A stretch of 51,683 nucleotides of DNA from Bdellovibrionia bacterium (GTDB lineage: Bacteria; Bdellovibrionota; UBA1018), in assembly GCA_045805065.1 (NCBI GenBank), contig JBJMMA010000238.1, positions 1 through 51,683 on the forward strand, written 5' to 3'. The position numbers and the translations under genes are program-made. Of this stretch, positions 1-12,595 are shown one piece after another (positions within the stretch are counted from its first letter, which is position 1; every line of letters starts with the position of its first letter). The notes below the pieces were generated by a model, which did no database searches, was not told where the DNA came from, and saw only the letters and a list, made by a program, of their open reading frames with translations.

Positions 1-107
1 CGTTCCAACTTCCATCGCATCGGAAGCAATCCAGTGGTGGCTACAGCCATAACGCCCAAACAAATCAGGAACTTATCAGATACTTAGCAGGTACTGATTT
101 TTCCGTA

Positions 108-143
108 TTGCAAACTCTTATTGTTACGTTTATAGTAACAATA
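108..143 (+). promoter_or_regulatory. sigma70-type promoter overlapped by a palindromic Rrf2 operator; probable leaderless start
   Basis: TTGCAA (108-113), 17-bp spacer, TATAGT (131-136), ATG at 143; perfect inverted repeat TATTGTTAC-N7-GTAACAATA at 119-143. Confidence 0.7.
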
Positions 144-562
144 TGTCGACGAACTTACAGTTCTCCATCGCAGTTCATATTATGGCAGCCCTTGGATACC
201 AAGGTTGCGATGGAAGCATGTCGTCTGGCGTACTGGCAAAGAGCATTAACGCAAACCCAAGTTTTGTTCGCCGCGTTCTAGCCAGACTTTCCAAAGCAGG
301 GCTAGTGCGTACGTCAAAAGGAAAATCCGGATGCTGCTCCCTTGCTAAACCTGCGGCATCGATCACGCTACTCGATATTTATCATGCGGTCGAAGCACCT
401 CAAGTCTTCACTATTCATGAGTATGAGGATCAAAAATCCTGCATCGTCAGCTGCGGCATCAAATCCTCATTGGAAAAGGTTCTCGAGAAAACCCAACGCT
501 CCATGGAAGACGGCTTAAAGAAAGTTCGTCTCTCTGAAGTCGTTTCGGACCTAAAAAGATAG
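143..562 (+). CDS. Rrf2-family transcriptional regulator (probably thiol/redox sensing)
   Basis: FSIAVHI start, wHTH 'LAKSINANPSFVRRVLARLSKAGLV', 'ITLLDIYHAVE', C-terminal CIVSC; upstream of thioredoxin. Confidence 0.9.
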   Translation: MSTNLQFSIAVHIMAALGYQGCDGSMSSGVLAKSINANPSFVRRVLARLSKAGLVRTSKGKSGCCSLAKPAASITLLDIYHAVEAPQVFTIHEYEDQKSCIVSCGIKSSLEKVLEKTQRSMEDGLKKVRLSEVVSDLKR

Positions 563-583
563 CGGCTTTTTTTTTAACTTAAA

Positions 584-604
584 TTGTTACTTTAGGAGTA
601 ACCA
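584..604 (+). promoter_or_regulatory. second putative Rrf2 operator
   Basis: TTGTTAC-TTTAGGA-GTAACCA, same GTTAC-N7-GTAAC core as 119-143. Confidence 0.65.
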
Positions 605-605
605 A

Positions 606-686
606 ATGACCCCGACTTTGTTGAACGACTTCTGGTTTGCGGCAGTGACCGTAGGCCTCATCGTGTGCGGAATGCTCAGCTCCTGA
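606..686 (+). CDS. putative 26-aa single-pass membrane peptide MTPTLLNDFWFAAVTVGLIVCGMLSS
   Basis: AGGAG at 594-598, 7 nt before ATG 606; hydrophobic stretch; TGA 684-686 ends just before the thioredoxin RBS; translated by hand. Confidence 0.5.
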   Translation: MTPTLLNDFWFAAVTVGLIVCGMLSS

Positions 687-706
687 GCAAGAAAGGAAGA
701 CCTCAT

Positions 707-1033
707 ATGTCGAAGTTCACTCACCCCTTGGAAGATGGCGATTTTGAGTCAAAAGTCACAAATGCGAAGGGCCTTGTCATGGTCGATTTCTGGGCCGAAT
801 GGTGTGGCCCCTGCAGGACTCTTGCTCCAGTCGTCGAAGATCTGGCCAAGAATCACGAAGGATCCGTGCGCGTCTACAAAATGGACGTTGACGCCAATCC
901 GCAATCGCCAACTCGTTTTCACATCCGCGGCATCCCAACAGTGATCTTGTTCAAGAACGGTGTTGCAGTCGATCAGATCGTTGGCAACCAGCCGCGCGAA
1001 GTTTTTGAGAACGCGATCAAAAGTCATCTCTGA
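707..1033 (+). CDS. trxA: thioredoxin
   Basis: VDFWAEWCGPC active site, cis-Pro 'GIPT'; RBS GAAAGGA favours ATG 707 over the listed 665 start. Confidence 0.93.
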   Translation: MSKFTHPLEDGDFESKVTNAKGLVMVDFWAEWCGPCRTLAPVVEDLAKNHEGSVRVYKMDVDANPQSPTRFHIRGIPTVILFKNGVAVDQIVGNQPREVFENAIKSHL

Positions 1034-1074
1034 TTTGTCAGCTTTGAAAACCAATAACAGGAAAGGCAATTTGT

Positions 1075-1821
1075 ATGAGTAAGTTAGCAGGTAAAGTAGC
1101 AGTGATCACCGGCGGTAGTACCGGAATGGGTTTAGCAACGGCTAAACGTTTTGTTGACGAGGGGGCCTATGTATTCATCACTGGCCGCAGACAAAGCGAG
1201 TTGGATCATGCGGTCCAATTCATCGGCAAAAATGTGACCGCAGTTCAAGGCGACGTATCCAAGACTGAGGATTTGGATAGGCTCTATCAAGCCGTGAAGG
1301 AGAAAAAAGGGCGCCTCGACATCGTCTTTGCTAACGCCGGCATCGGCGAGCTCGCGCCACTGGGTGATATCACTGAGCAACACTACAGCAAGATCTTTGA
1401 CGTGAACGTCAAAGGGCTACTGTTCACGGTTCAGAAAGCGCTTCCACTTCTGCGTGATGGGAGCGCAATCATATTGAACGCCTCCATTGCTGGATACACC
1501 GGAACCGAAGGGTTCAGTGTTTACAGCGCAAGTAAAGCCGCAGTACGTGCTTTTGCGAGAAGCTGGATGCTTGATCTCAAGCCACGGAAAATCCGGGTCA
1601 ATGTTTTGAGCCCTGGCCCAATTGATACTCCGATCTTTTCAGGACTGGGCGACCCTGAGAAAATTAAGCAGTTTAAAGATATGATCACTGCCGAAGTACC
1701 GTTAGGCCGCATGGGCAATCCTGTAGAAATTGGAAGCGTCGCAACTTTCCTTGCCTCAGATGAGAGCAGCTTCGTGAACGGAGCCGAGCTCACCGTTGAC
1801 GGAGGCCTGGCCCAACACTGA
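1075..1821 (+). CDS. SDR-family NAD(P)-dependent oxidoreductase
   Basis: TGGSTGMG, FANAG, catalytic YSASK, 'SPGPIDTP', 'VDGG'. Confidence 0.92.
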   Translation: MSKLAGKVAVITGGSTGMGLATAKRFVDEGAYVFITGRRQSELDHAVQFIGKNVTAVQGDVSKTEDLDRLYQAVKEKKGRLDIVFANAGIGELAPLGDITEQHYSKIFDVNVKGLLFTVQKALPLLRDGSAIILNASIAGYTGTEGFSVYSASKAAVRAFARSWMLDLKPRKIRVNVLSPGPIDTPIFSGLGDPEKIKQFKDMITAEVPLGRMGNPVEIGSVATFLASDESSFVNGAELTVDGGLAQH

Positions 1822-4800
1822 TTAGTCCTGATAGGTGGCGAGCTTGAGGTACTTCTTAAAGATCTTAAGTACCCAAGCTTCGCCTCTCAGCATGTATTCA
1901 TAAGCCGCAGGAACAACGACCAGGGTCAAAAGCGTCGAAGTAATCACGCCACCAATTACGGCAATTGCCATCGGAGCGCGTTGGCGAGCTGCTTCGTCAA
2001 AGGCCAGAGCCATTGGCAGCATGCCTGCGATCAGTGCAAACGATGTCATCATGATTGGGCGCAATCGGACGCGCCCGGACTCGAGAATCGAGTCAGCCAG
2101 GCTCTTGCCTTCTCGCAACCCCTCTTGAATATGGTCGACAAGCAAGATGGAGTTCTTGGCCGCAACCCCCATCAAGAGAACACAGCCAATCATCGAATAG
2201 ATGTCCAGGCTCGAGCGGGTGATAAAGAGCGCGTAAAATGCGCCGCAAACTGCCAACGGCAGGACCAGCATGATGGAGAGCGGAACAAAGAATGACTCGT
2301 AAAGGCTTGCCAAGACAAGATACATCGCGCCCACTGACAGAATCACCGTGATCAAGACGCTATTGAGAAGCTCCTGGAAGTCACGGGTCTGACCCGCAAA
2401 TTCATAACGGATCCCTGGGGAGTGCTTGATCTCACCTGAATCAAAAAGCCGCTTGAAGTCATCAATCACAGCAGATAGCCCGCGCCCCTTCGGATTGACG
2501 TCAGCAGAGATCTCAATGAATCTCTTTCGGTTCTCTCGCTCGATCTTAGCCGGAGACTCGGCCAGCGTACTATGCGCGATCGAAGTGAGCGGCACCAGAT
2601 GGTGGTCAATGTTTGGGATCATGATCTCAGATGCGTTCTCAGCGATATTTCGATGATCTGGATCAAGGCGTACGCGGATATCGTACTCATTTCCGTTCTC
2701 ATGGAACTTGGCTGGAGTTTCTCCCGCCAGAAGCAAGCGCAGCTCGTATCCCGCCTCTGCGCTGGATACGCCAAGCTCACGGCTTCTCACAGGATCAACG
2801 GTCCAACGAAGCTCCGTTGAGCCAGGCCGATAAGAGCGATCCACGTCCAGAACGTTTCCGTTCTTTTTAAACTTCTCGACGATATCAGCAGTTACGGCCT
2901 TCAGCTCGTCAAGATTTTCCCCTGTAATGTGGACAACAAAAGGGCGCCCCGCTCCGCCCCCGATATCAAGCAGGTCTTCCACGCTTGAAGTCAGATTCGG
3001 CATACCGGCAAGCTCGTGGCGAACGGTCTCTTTCATTTCAGCTGTCGACTTCTTGCGCTCATTCGATGGCTTCAGGCGAACAACGATTTCCGCACGGTTC
3101 TTCTCACCCACATCACCGCCCACGGTGCGAACGGTTGAGGCCACTTCGGGCATCGCTTGGATTTTCTTGTCGATGCTTGAGGCGACCTGATCCATGGCAT
3201 CTAAAGAGACTCCGGCAGGAAGATTCAAAACAACCTGGAACTCACCTGACTCCTGAGACGGAACGAATGACTTCGGGATCATGCTTAAGACGACAAAGCT
3301 TAAGCCAAAGATTCCCACGGCAATCAAAAGGACTCGCAAAGGGTATTTCAGGCTCTTCCGAAGTACTTTCTCGTAATACCGAGCTTGGGCGTCTTGAAAG
3401 CGATTGAAAGGCTTAAGAACTTTATGGAATGCGCGAGAAAAGATTCCGCCGCTTCCCTCTGAGCCATTGTGATGACGATCGCCGGCAAAGTAAGCCGATA
3501 GCATTGGGGCAATGGTCAGGGAGTCCAGCAAGCTGATCATCATGGCAAAGCAGATGGTCAGACCGAACTCTTTGAAAAACTGGCCGATAATGCCACTTAA
3601 GAAAGAGACCGGACCAAAGACCGAGAGAACGGTAAAGGTGGTTGCAATGACGGCGAGCGCCACTTCCTGAGTTCCAAAGATCGCAGCCGTCCGAGGAGGT
3701 TGGCCTTCTTCGATATGTCGAAAAATATTTTCACGGACCACGATCGCGTCGTCGATCAGAAGACCTACGGCAAGAGCGAGCGCCGCAAGCGTCGTGATGT
3801 TGATCGAAAAGCCTGCCATCCACATGAAGAGGAACGCCCCAAGCAAGGAGTTCGGCAAAGCAAGCGAGGTAATGATCGTTGATTTGACGCTTCCCAAGAA
3901 AAGAAGCACAACACCCACGGTCAAAGCAATCCCAAGCAAGATCGCTTCGGTTGCGTCTTGAACCCCATCATGGATCGGTTTGGCGCCGTCACGAATCACA
4001 TTCAGCTGAAAGCCCTTCACCTTGGCCTTCATGTTCTGATTGATCTCAAGCGCCTGCTCCTTCACGCCCTCAGAAACCCGAATCGCGTTTGCGCCCGAAC
4101 GGCGGAAGACTTTAAAGATCAGCGCGCGCTTCCCATTGATGTAAGCACGATTCTTCTCGTCCCCAAGTCCATCCACAACGTTTGCAATTTGATTGAGAGA
4201 AGTCGCAGCCTCATTCCCAACAAATCGAATAGGAGCCTTCAAAAGGGAGTCGAGCGAATCAAAAGCGCCCAGGACGCGAACCAGGACTTCACGGTCCTCG
4301 TTCTCCACTTCGCCTGCAGGAATATTCATTCCGGTAGCCTTCAGGCGGCCAACGACTTCTTCCGCGGACATTTCATGGGCACGAAGACGCTTCAGATCCA
4401 GGTTCACCTGGATTTCACGCTTTCTTGCGCCCTGAAGCTCCACATCGCCGACGTCGGTCACTTGCTCAAGCATCGGCTTGATCTCGCGATCGGCCAGGTC
4501 AAAAAGCTGCGCTTCCGGAAGATCTGCTGACATCGTCAGCGTAACGATCGGGGTTTCCGTCGGATCCACGCTTCGAATGATGGGTTCCATGATCCCATTG
4601 GGAAGACCGCTTCTCATGCGAGCCACGGTTTGCGTGACCTTCTGCTCAGACGAGCGAAGATCCGTATTCATCGCAAAAACCGCCGTCACAATTCCTGCGC
4701 CATCCAAGCTTAAGGATCGGACGGTCCGGATTCCTTCAATCGAGCTCAAGCTTGTTTCGATGGGTTTTGAGATCTGAGATTCGATTTCAACCGGTCCCGC

Positions 4801-4959
4801 GCCTGGAAATGGTACAATCACGTTAACGACAGGAAAAGAGACGTCCGGATAAAGCGCGACTCTCAGCCGATTGATCGCCAAGGCTCCAAGCGCCAGAATC
4901 AAAAAGAAGATACACGTAACGAAAACAGGGCGTCGTACGGAAAGCTCGGCCAGTTTCAT
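1822..4959 (-). CDS. RND efflux permease (AcrB/AcrD/AcrF family)
   Basis: 1045 aa; 'SVRRPVF', proton-relay motifs IDDAIVVRENI, AAKNSILLVD, RLRPIMMT. Confidence 0.93.
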   Translation of the reverse strand: MKLAELSVRRPVFVTCIFFLILALGALAINRLRVALYPDVSFPVVNVIVPFPGAGPVEIESQISKPIETSLSSIEGIRTVRSLSLDGAGIVTAVFAMNTDLRSSEQKVTQTVARMRSGLPNGIMEPIIRSVDPTETPIVTLTMSADLPEAQLFDLADREIKPMLEQVTDVGDVELQGARKREIQVNLDLKRLRAHEMSAEEVVGRLKATGMNIPAGEVENEDREVLVRVLGAFDSLDSLLKAPIRFVGNEAATSLNQIANVVDGLGDEKNRAYINGKRALIFKVFRRSGANAIRVSEGVKEQALEINQNMKAKVKGFQLNVIRDGAKPIHDGVQDATEAILLGIALTVGVVLLFLGSVKSTIITSLALPNSLLGAFLFMWMAGFSINITTLAALALAVGLLIDDAIVVRENIFRHIEEGQPPRTAAIFGTQEVALAVIATTFTVLSVFGPVSFLSGIIGQFFKEFGLTICFAMMISLLDSLTIAPMLSAYFAGDRHHNGSEGSGGIFSRAFHKVLKPFNRFQDAQARYYEKVLRKSLKYPLRVLLIAVGIFGLSFVVLSMIPKSFVPSQESGEFQVVLNLPAGVSLDAMDQVASSIDKKIQAMPEVASTVRTVGGDVGEKNRAEIVVRLKPSNERKKSTAEMKETVRHELAGMPNLTSSVEDLLDIGGGAGRPFVVHITGENLDELKAVTADIVEKFKKNGNVLDVDRSYRPGSTELRWTVDPVRSRELGVSSAEAGYELRLLLAGETPAKFHENGNEYDIRVRLDPDHRNIAENASEIMIPNIDHHLVPLTSIAHSTLAESPAKIERENRKRFIEISADVNPKGRGLSAVIDDFKRLFDSGEIKHSPGIRYEFAGQTRDFQELLNSVLITVILSVGAMYLVLASLYESFFVPLSIMLVLPLAVCGAFYALFITRSSLDIYSMIGCVLLMGVAAKNSILLVDHIQEGLREGKSLADSILESGRVRLRPIMMTSFALIAGMLPMALAFDEAARQRAPMAIAVIGGVITSTLLTLVVVPAAYEYMLRGEAWVLKIFKKYLKLATYQD

Positions 4960-6362
4960 TGTAAACTACCCACCTGGTTGCTGTTCGCGCTGTAAAGCTT
5001 CATCTGAGCTCTGAGAGCAAGGATCATCGCTTCAATCTGAACCCGATTCAAAGAGGAGTTCAAGTAGTCGAGCTCATATTGAAAGACCTGGTCTTCAATG
5101 GTGAGTCCGAGTGCCAAGCGCTTTTGAATTCTTTGGAACTTCGCCTTCTGGACTTGTTCAAGCTCGACAGCAAGCACCAAACGCTCTTTGGCGTCCTCGA
5201 ACTTGCGAACCAGATCCTTCCATTCATTCTTGTCCTGCATCGCCTTGCTCTGAAACTCAAGATCGGCTGCTGCGGCTTTTATGGCGTAACCTTGGCGAAT
5301 GCTGGATGTCGTGCCGATATCCAAAGGAACGGTAAAGTTCAAACCCCACGCAAAGATCGATCCGTAAACACTCACTTCGGGCAGCATTTTCTCACGAGCC
5401 ATATCGCTTCCCGCAGTCTGGGCGATCGCCCCCTGCTGGGCAGCCTTCACGTCCCCACGCATCTCATCACGAGGAATCACAGTGAGCTTTTCCAAAACCT
5501 TAGGATCCGGAAGCTCCAGATTCTCCTGAACTTCGTCAGCGTCGACCCCACGGGAAAGATTGAACTTCCGCGCAAGCTCGCGCTCCTCATCGACTTTTGT
5601 ACGAAGCTCAAGCTCCTTCCCCTTCACGGCCGCCTGCGCCAGCAAAAGGTTGCCAGGATCGCCCAAATGACGCTTGGATTGCCCTTGGTGATGCTCTAAA
5701 AACTCACGAGCACGACTCAGACTTTCTTTTTCAACACGTGAGACTTCACGTGCGACGGCGAGCCTCCAGTAATTCACTTCCGCTTCAACAAGCGTTGCGC
5801 GCGCGTGATACTCTTCACCGTAAGCTTTAGCGAGCTCCTGGGCTTCCATGACTTTCTGGTTGGCGCGATCAGCGCGTCCCCAGAAATTTTGCCAAAGCGA
5901 GAAACTGAAAACAGGAACTGGGTAGTAGTTCCAGACGGTTGGATTTTTCACAAACGCCGGATCCGTCCCTGTCAGGGTAGTGGTATTGGAGTCAAAGGAG
6001 AATTGAACTCCTAAGCCGTAAGGAGTCTGCTGCCTAAGACCGATGGAAAAGTTACGTTGGATATTGGTCGCGCCTTGAATGGTAGGCGCTGCAGTCGTTC
6101 GCGTGTCATCAATGAATTGGGCCTTGATGAAGAACTGCGGCCTGAACAAAAGCTTCGCGACCTGAGCCGTCTGTCTGGAACCTAAGCTGTTCTGAACCTG
6201 GCTTTGATAAGCAGGATCAGATTTCATCACTTGTTGCAGATACTCGTTTAGACTCAGTTCGGATCGTTCGGATCGTTCGGATCGTTCGGATCCTTGAGCG
6301 GTGAAAACAACCGCTAACCCGAGGCCAAAGGCCGCAACCGAGTTTCTTGAAATTTGAAGCAT
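4956..6362 (-). CDS. TolC-family outer membrane efflux protein
   Basis: signal peptide, 'LSLNEYLQQV', two helical repeats with beta hairpins; 4-bp overlap with the RND gene. Confidence 0.82.
   Translation of the reverse strand: MLQISRNSVAAFGLGLAVVFTAQGSERSERSERSELSLNEYLQQVMKSDPAYQSQVQNSLGSRQTAQVAKLLFRPQFFIKAQFIDDTRTTAAPTIQGATNIQRNFSIGLRQQTPYGLGVQFSFDSNTTTLTGTDPAFVKNPTVWNYYPVPVFSFSLWQNFWGRADRANQKVMEAQELAKAYGEEYHARATLVEAEVNYWRLAVAREVSRVEKESLSRAREFLEHHQGQSKRHLGDPGNLLLAQAAVKGKELELRTKVDEERELARKFNLSRGVDADEVQENLELPDPKVLEKLTVIPRDEMRGDVKAAQQGAIAQTAGSDMAREKMLPEVSVYGSIFAWGLNFTVPLDIGTTSSIRQGYAIKAAAADLEFQSKAMQDKNEWKDLVRKFEDAKERLVLAVELEQVQKAKFQRIQKRLALGLTIEDQVFQYELDYLNSSLNRVQIEAMILALRAQMKLYSANSNQVGSLQ
6257..6292. 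repeat. in-frame 9-bp tandem repeat (GTTCGGATC x4) encoding SER repeats after the TolC signal peptide
   Basis: four perfect copies read directly. Confidence 0.9.
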
Positions 6363-6406
6363 ACTAATGCCCCCGACCCTACCACTGCAGGGCGGGATTT
6401 GCCTTA

Positions 6407-8002
6407 TTAATCAATGCGCCGGTAGAGCGTGGCGCCGCCCAAGCTGGCAGGAGTGCGGTCAATCGCTCGGTAATGAGCTTTCAGAAAAGCCTGAAATTCT
6501 GGGTACCGGGAAATGCCAAATTTCGCATACGACTTCCACCCTGCGCTAGCCGTATCCACAATAATGGAAGGGCGTCGATTCTGTAAGTCCTGCAAGAGCA
6601 GCGGCCAGGCCTCACTCACCTGCGCCGGCTGATAAGATGGGTCATACTCGGACCGAGTACCGGGGGATAAGCCCGTCAGATAGTTACAGAATGAAAAACG
6701 CGTCCCCATTTTTCTTTGGGAATAATGATAAAGCTCCGGCACATTTCCCCAAACGAAAAGGGTATCGTCCGGTTTGCTTTGACGGGAAATCGCTTGGCCC
6801 ACCCTCTCCCAATCCGGCTCACCCGCATCGAAAATCGCGTGTGTTGCTTCTGGCTTAAGAGAGATCGCGAAAAAGAAAAGAGCCGGAATTGCAATGGCTG
6901 CTCCTATTGTCTTAGGCGCACGCATCCAGGCCCGGTACAGAGGGCCAGCGGCAATTAAGCACAAAGGGAGTTCAGCCTGTAAGAAGTAATGTCCAAAGAA
7001 TCTTCCACCAATCGCAACCGATAAAATAGAGACAATCGCCCAGATAAAAAGGCCAGCATTCACAGCGTAGCGTTCTGGACCACGAGCCCACCCTTTTCGA
7101 ATCGTGGCAAATAACCCATAAGAGGCTGCGGCATAAAAAACGATGGAAGGCAAAACAACGGCAGCCAACTGAGTTGCCAAGCGCTTGAGCGCCCAAATCA
7201 GGTCGGGTCCTTCGGATATATATCTGAGGTTAAATAGCCCACCCCATTGAAGAAACTCAGTCAGCACTCCATGAGACTTGAAGTAAAGAGCAGCGCCCAC
7301 CACGGGAGTCAGGAGTCCGATCAACCAAAAAGGACCCCTCTGAAAAATCCTCTTCAAATAGGTAGAGTTATCAAATCCTAAAAATGGGAACGCCAAACCC
7401 GCTACCAAAGCCTGCCATTTTGCCAGTCCGGCAAGCCCCATCAGCGCGCCAGCTGAAAGGTCAAGGAGCACGCGTCTCCCTCCCTTGGACTTTCCAGCCC
7501 AGATCACGGCAAGAACAGCAAAGACCGTAGGAGTATTCATGAGGATCTCGCCGTTCAGGGCAAGACCATCATAAGCACATCGAGTTGAAGACACAATTCC
7601 GTAAAGAACGGCAGGGACCCACCAGAGCTCGCGCTTTAAAAGTTCTCGAGCAAGAGCAAACAATCCGAAAACTGTCAGCGCGGTCAGCAAAATACCAAAC
7701 GCATGCACAGCTTGAATGCCCAGCATCCCCGCGCTGTGAGCTCCAACCAACCGCTCCACTGCTGCATATACGTACGCAAGCCCTGGAGGCTTATGGTCCA
7801 AAGCATCTCGATACATCACTCCGCCACTGTTAATGACCTGAGCCATAGCATCATAGATGGCCTCGTCATCCGAAATGACCGCCCATCCAAGTGATGGCAA
7901 GCGAAGCAACATCACAAAGAGAATCGAGAATACGACCTGCAGGCCAACCCGGTCCCGCCAGGTCTTCCGCGGTAGTTGCGAGAACTCAGCTGTAGTTTTC
8001 AA
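6407..8002 (-). CDS. membrane glycosyltransferase, ArnT/PMT (GT-C fold) type
   Basis: 'DDEAIY', 'YRDALDHKPPG', many TM helices, C-terminal soluble domain; start uncertain (TTG 8002 or ATG 8062; the listed 8164 start runs through the inverted repeat). Confidence 0.8.
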   Translation of the reverse strand: MKTTAEFSQLPRKTWRDRVGLQVVFSILFVMLLRLPSLGWAVISDDEAIYDAMAQVINSGGVMYRDALDHKPPGLAYVYAAVERLVGAHSAGMLGIQAVHAFGILLTALTVFGLFALARELLKRELWWVPAVLYGIVSSTRCAYDGLALNGEILMNTPTVFAVLAVIWAGKSKGGRRVLLDLSAGALMGLAGLAKWQALVAGLAFPFLGFDNSTYLKRIFQRGPFWLIGLLTPVVGAALYFKSHGVLTEFLQWGGLFNLRYISEGPDLIWALKRLATQLAAVVLPSIVFYAAASYGLFATIRKGWARGPERYAVNAGLFIWAIVSILSVAIGGRFFGHYFLQAELPLCLIAAGPLYRAWMRAPKTIGAAIAIPALFFFAISLKPEATHAIFDAGEPDWERVGQAISRQSKPDDTLFVWGNVPELYHYSQRKMGTRFSFCNYLTGLSPGTRSEYDPSYQPAQVSEAWPLLLQDLQNRRPSIIVDTASAGWKSYAKFGISRYPEFQAFLKAHYRAIDRTPASLGGATLYRRID

Positions 8003-8065
8003 AGTGCGCCAACAATATCTGAGCGATAAACCCGATGCAACAATCCCACGTCGGCAAAGCATTTC

Positions 8066-8199
8066 TAAAAGATAGAAACATAAAAATAAAAAACCCTGTT
8101 TTGTGAGGTCCTCAAAAGCTGGAAGCGCTCTTTGAGAAGGCCAGGATGGCCTTAACCGAAACAAAACAGGGTTTTTTATTTTTATGTTTCTATCTTTTA
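8066..8199. repeat. perfect 39-bp inverted repeat enclosing a 56-nt core with two hairpins
   Basis: 8066-8104 is the exact reverse complement of 8161-8199. Confidence 0.92.
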
Positions 8200-8202
8200 A
8201 AA

Positions 8203-8277
8203 TGGTGCGAGCTGAGGGGATTGAACCCCCGACCTTCGCTGTGTAAAAGCGTTGCTCTACCGCTGAGCTAAGCTCGC
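8203..8277 (-). tRNA. tRNA-Val(TAC)
   Basis: GCGAGCT acceptor stem, anticodon loop TTTACAC, GGTTCAATCC T-arm, encoded CCA. Confidence 0.95.
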
Positions 8278-8322
8278 ATTCCCATTTAAAAGATCAAATC
8301 GTACTTACCACTGAACTTAAAG

Positions 8323-8348
8323 CGGGTCCAGCATCGCTGCCGGACCCG
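8323..8348 (-). terminator. GC-rich hairpin after rpoC (terminator or processing stem)
   Basis: CGGGTCC...GGACCCG stem, only a short U tail on the minus strand. Confidence 0.45.
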
Positions 8349-8363
8349 AATCAAGTTTTTAGA

Positions 8364-12506
<4,143 letters not shown>

Positions 12507-12595
12507 TTTCAGTCCTCAAATCGTGTGCCGGGCCGAAGCCCGGACACACAGGTTGAATCATTTGGAGGCTCGCGCCAACGCTCGACTGCGTTAGC

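Noticed and set aside
1..90. Possible divergent signal-peptide ORF leaving the window on the minus strand
   Set aside because: Too short and truncated to fix frame or start
8063..8164. N-terminal extension of the glycosyltransferase in the ORF track
   Set aside because: Runs through the inverted repeat just after the tRNA with no RBS; probably an incidental open frame
8066..8199. Retron msr-msd or hammerhead ribozyme reading of the inverted repeat
   Set aside because: Core is only 56 nt, no reverse transcriptase in the window, and no CUGANGA hammerhead core
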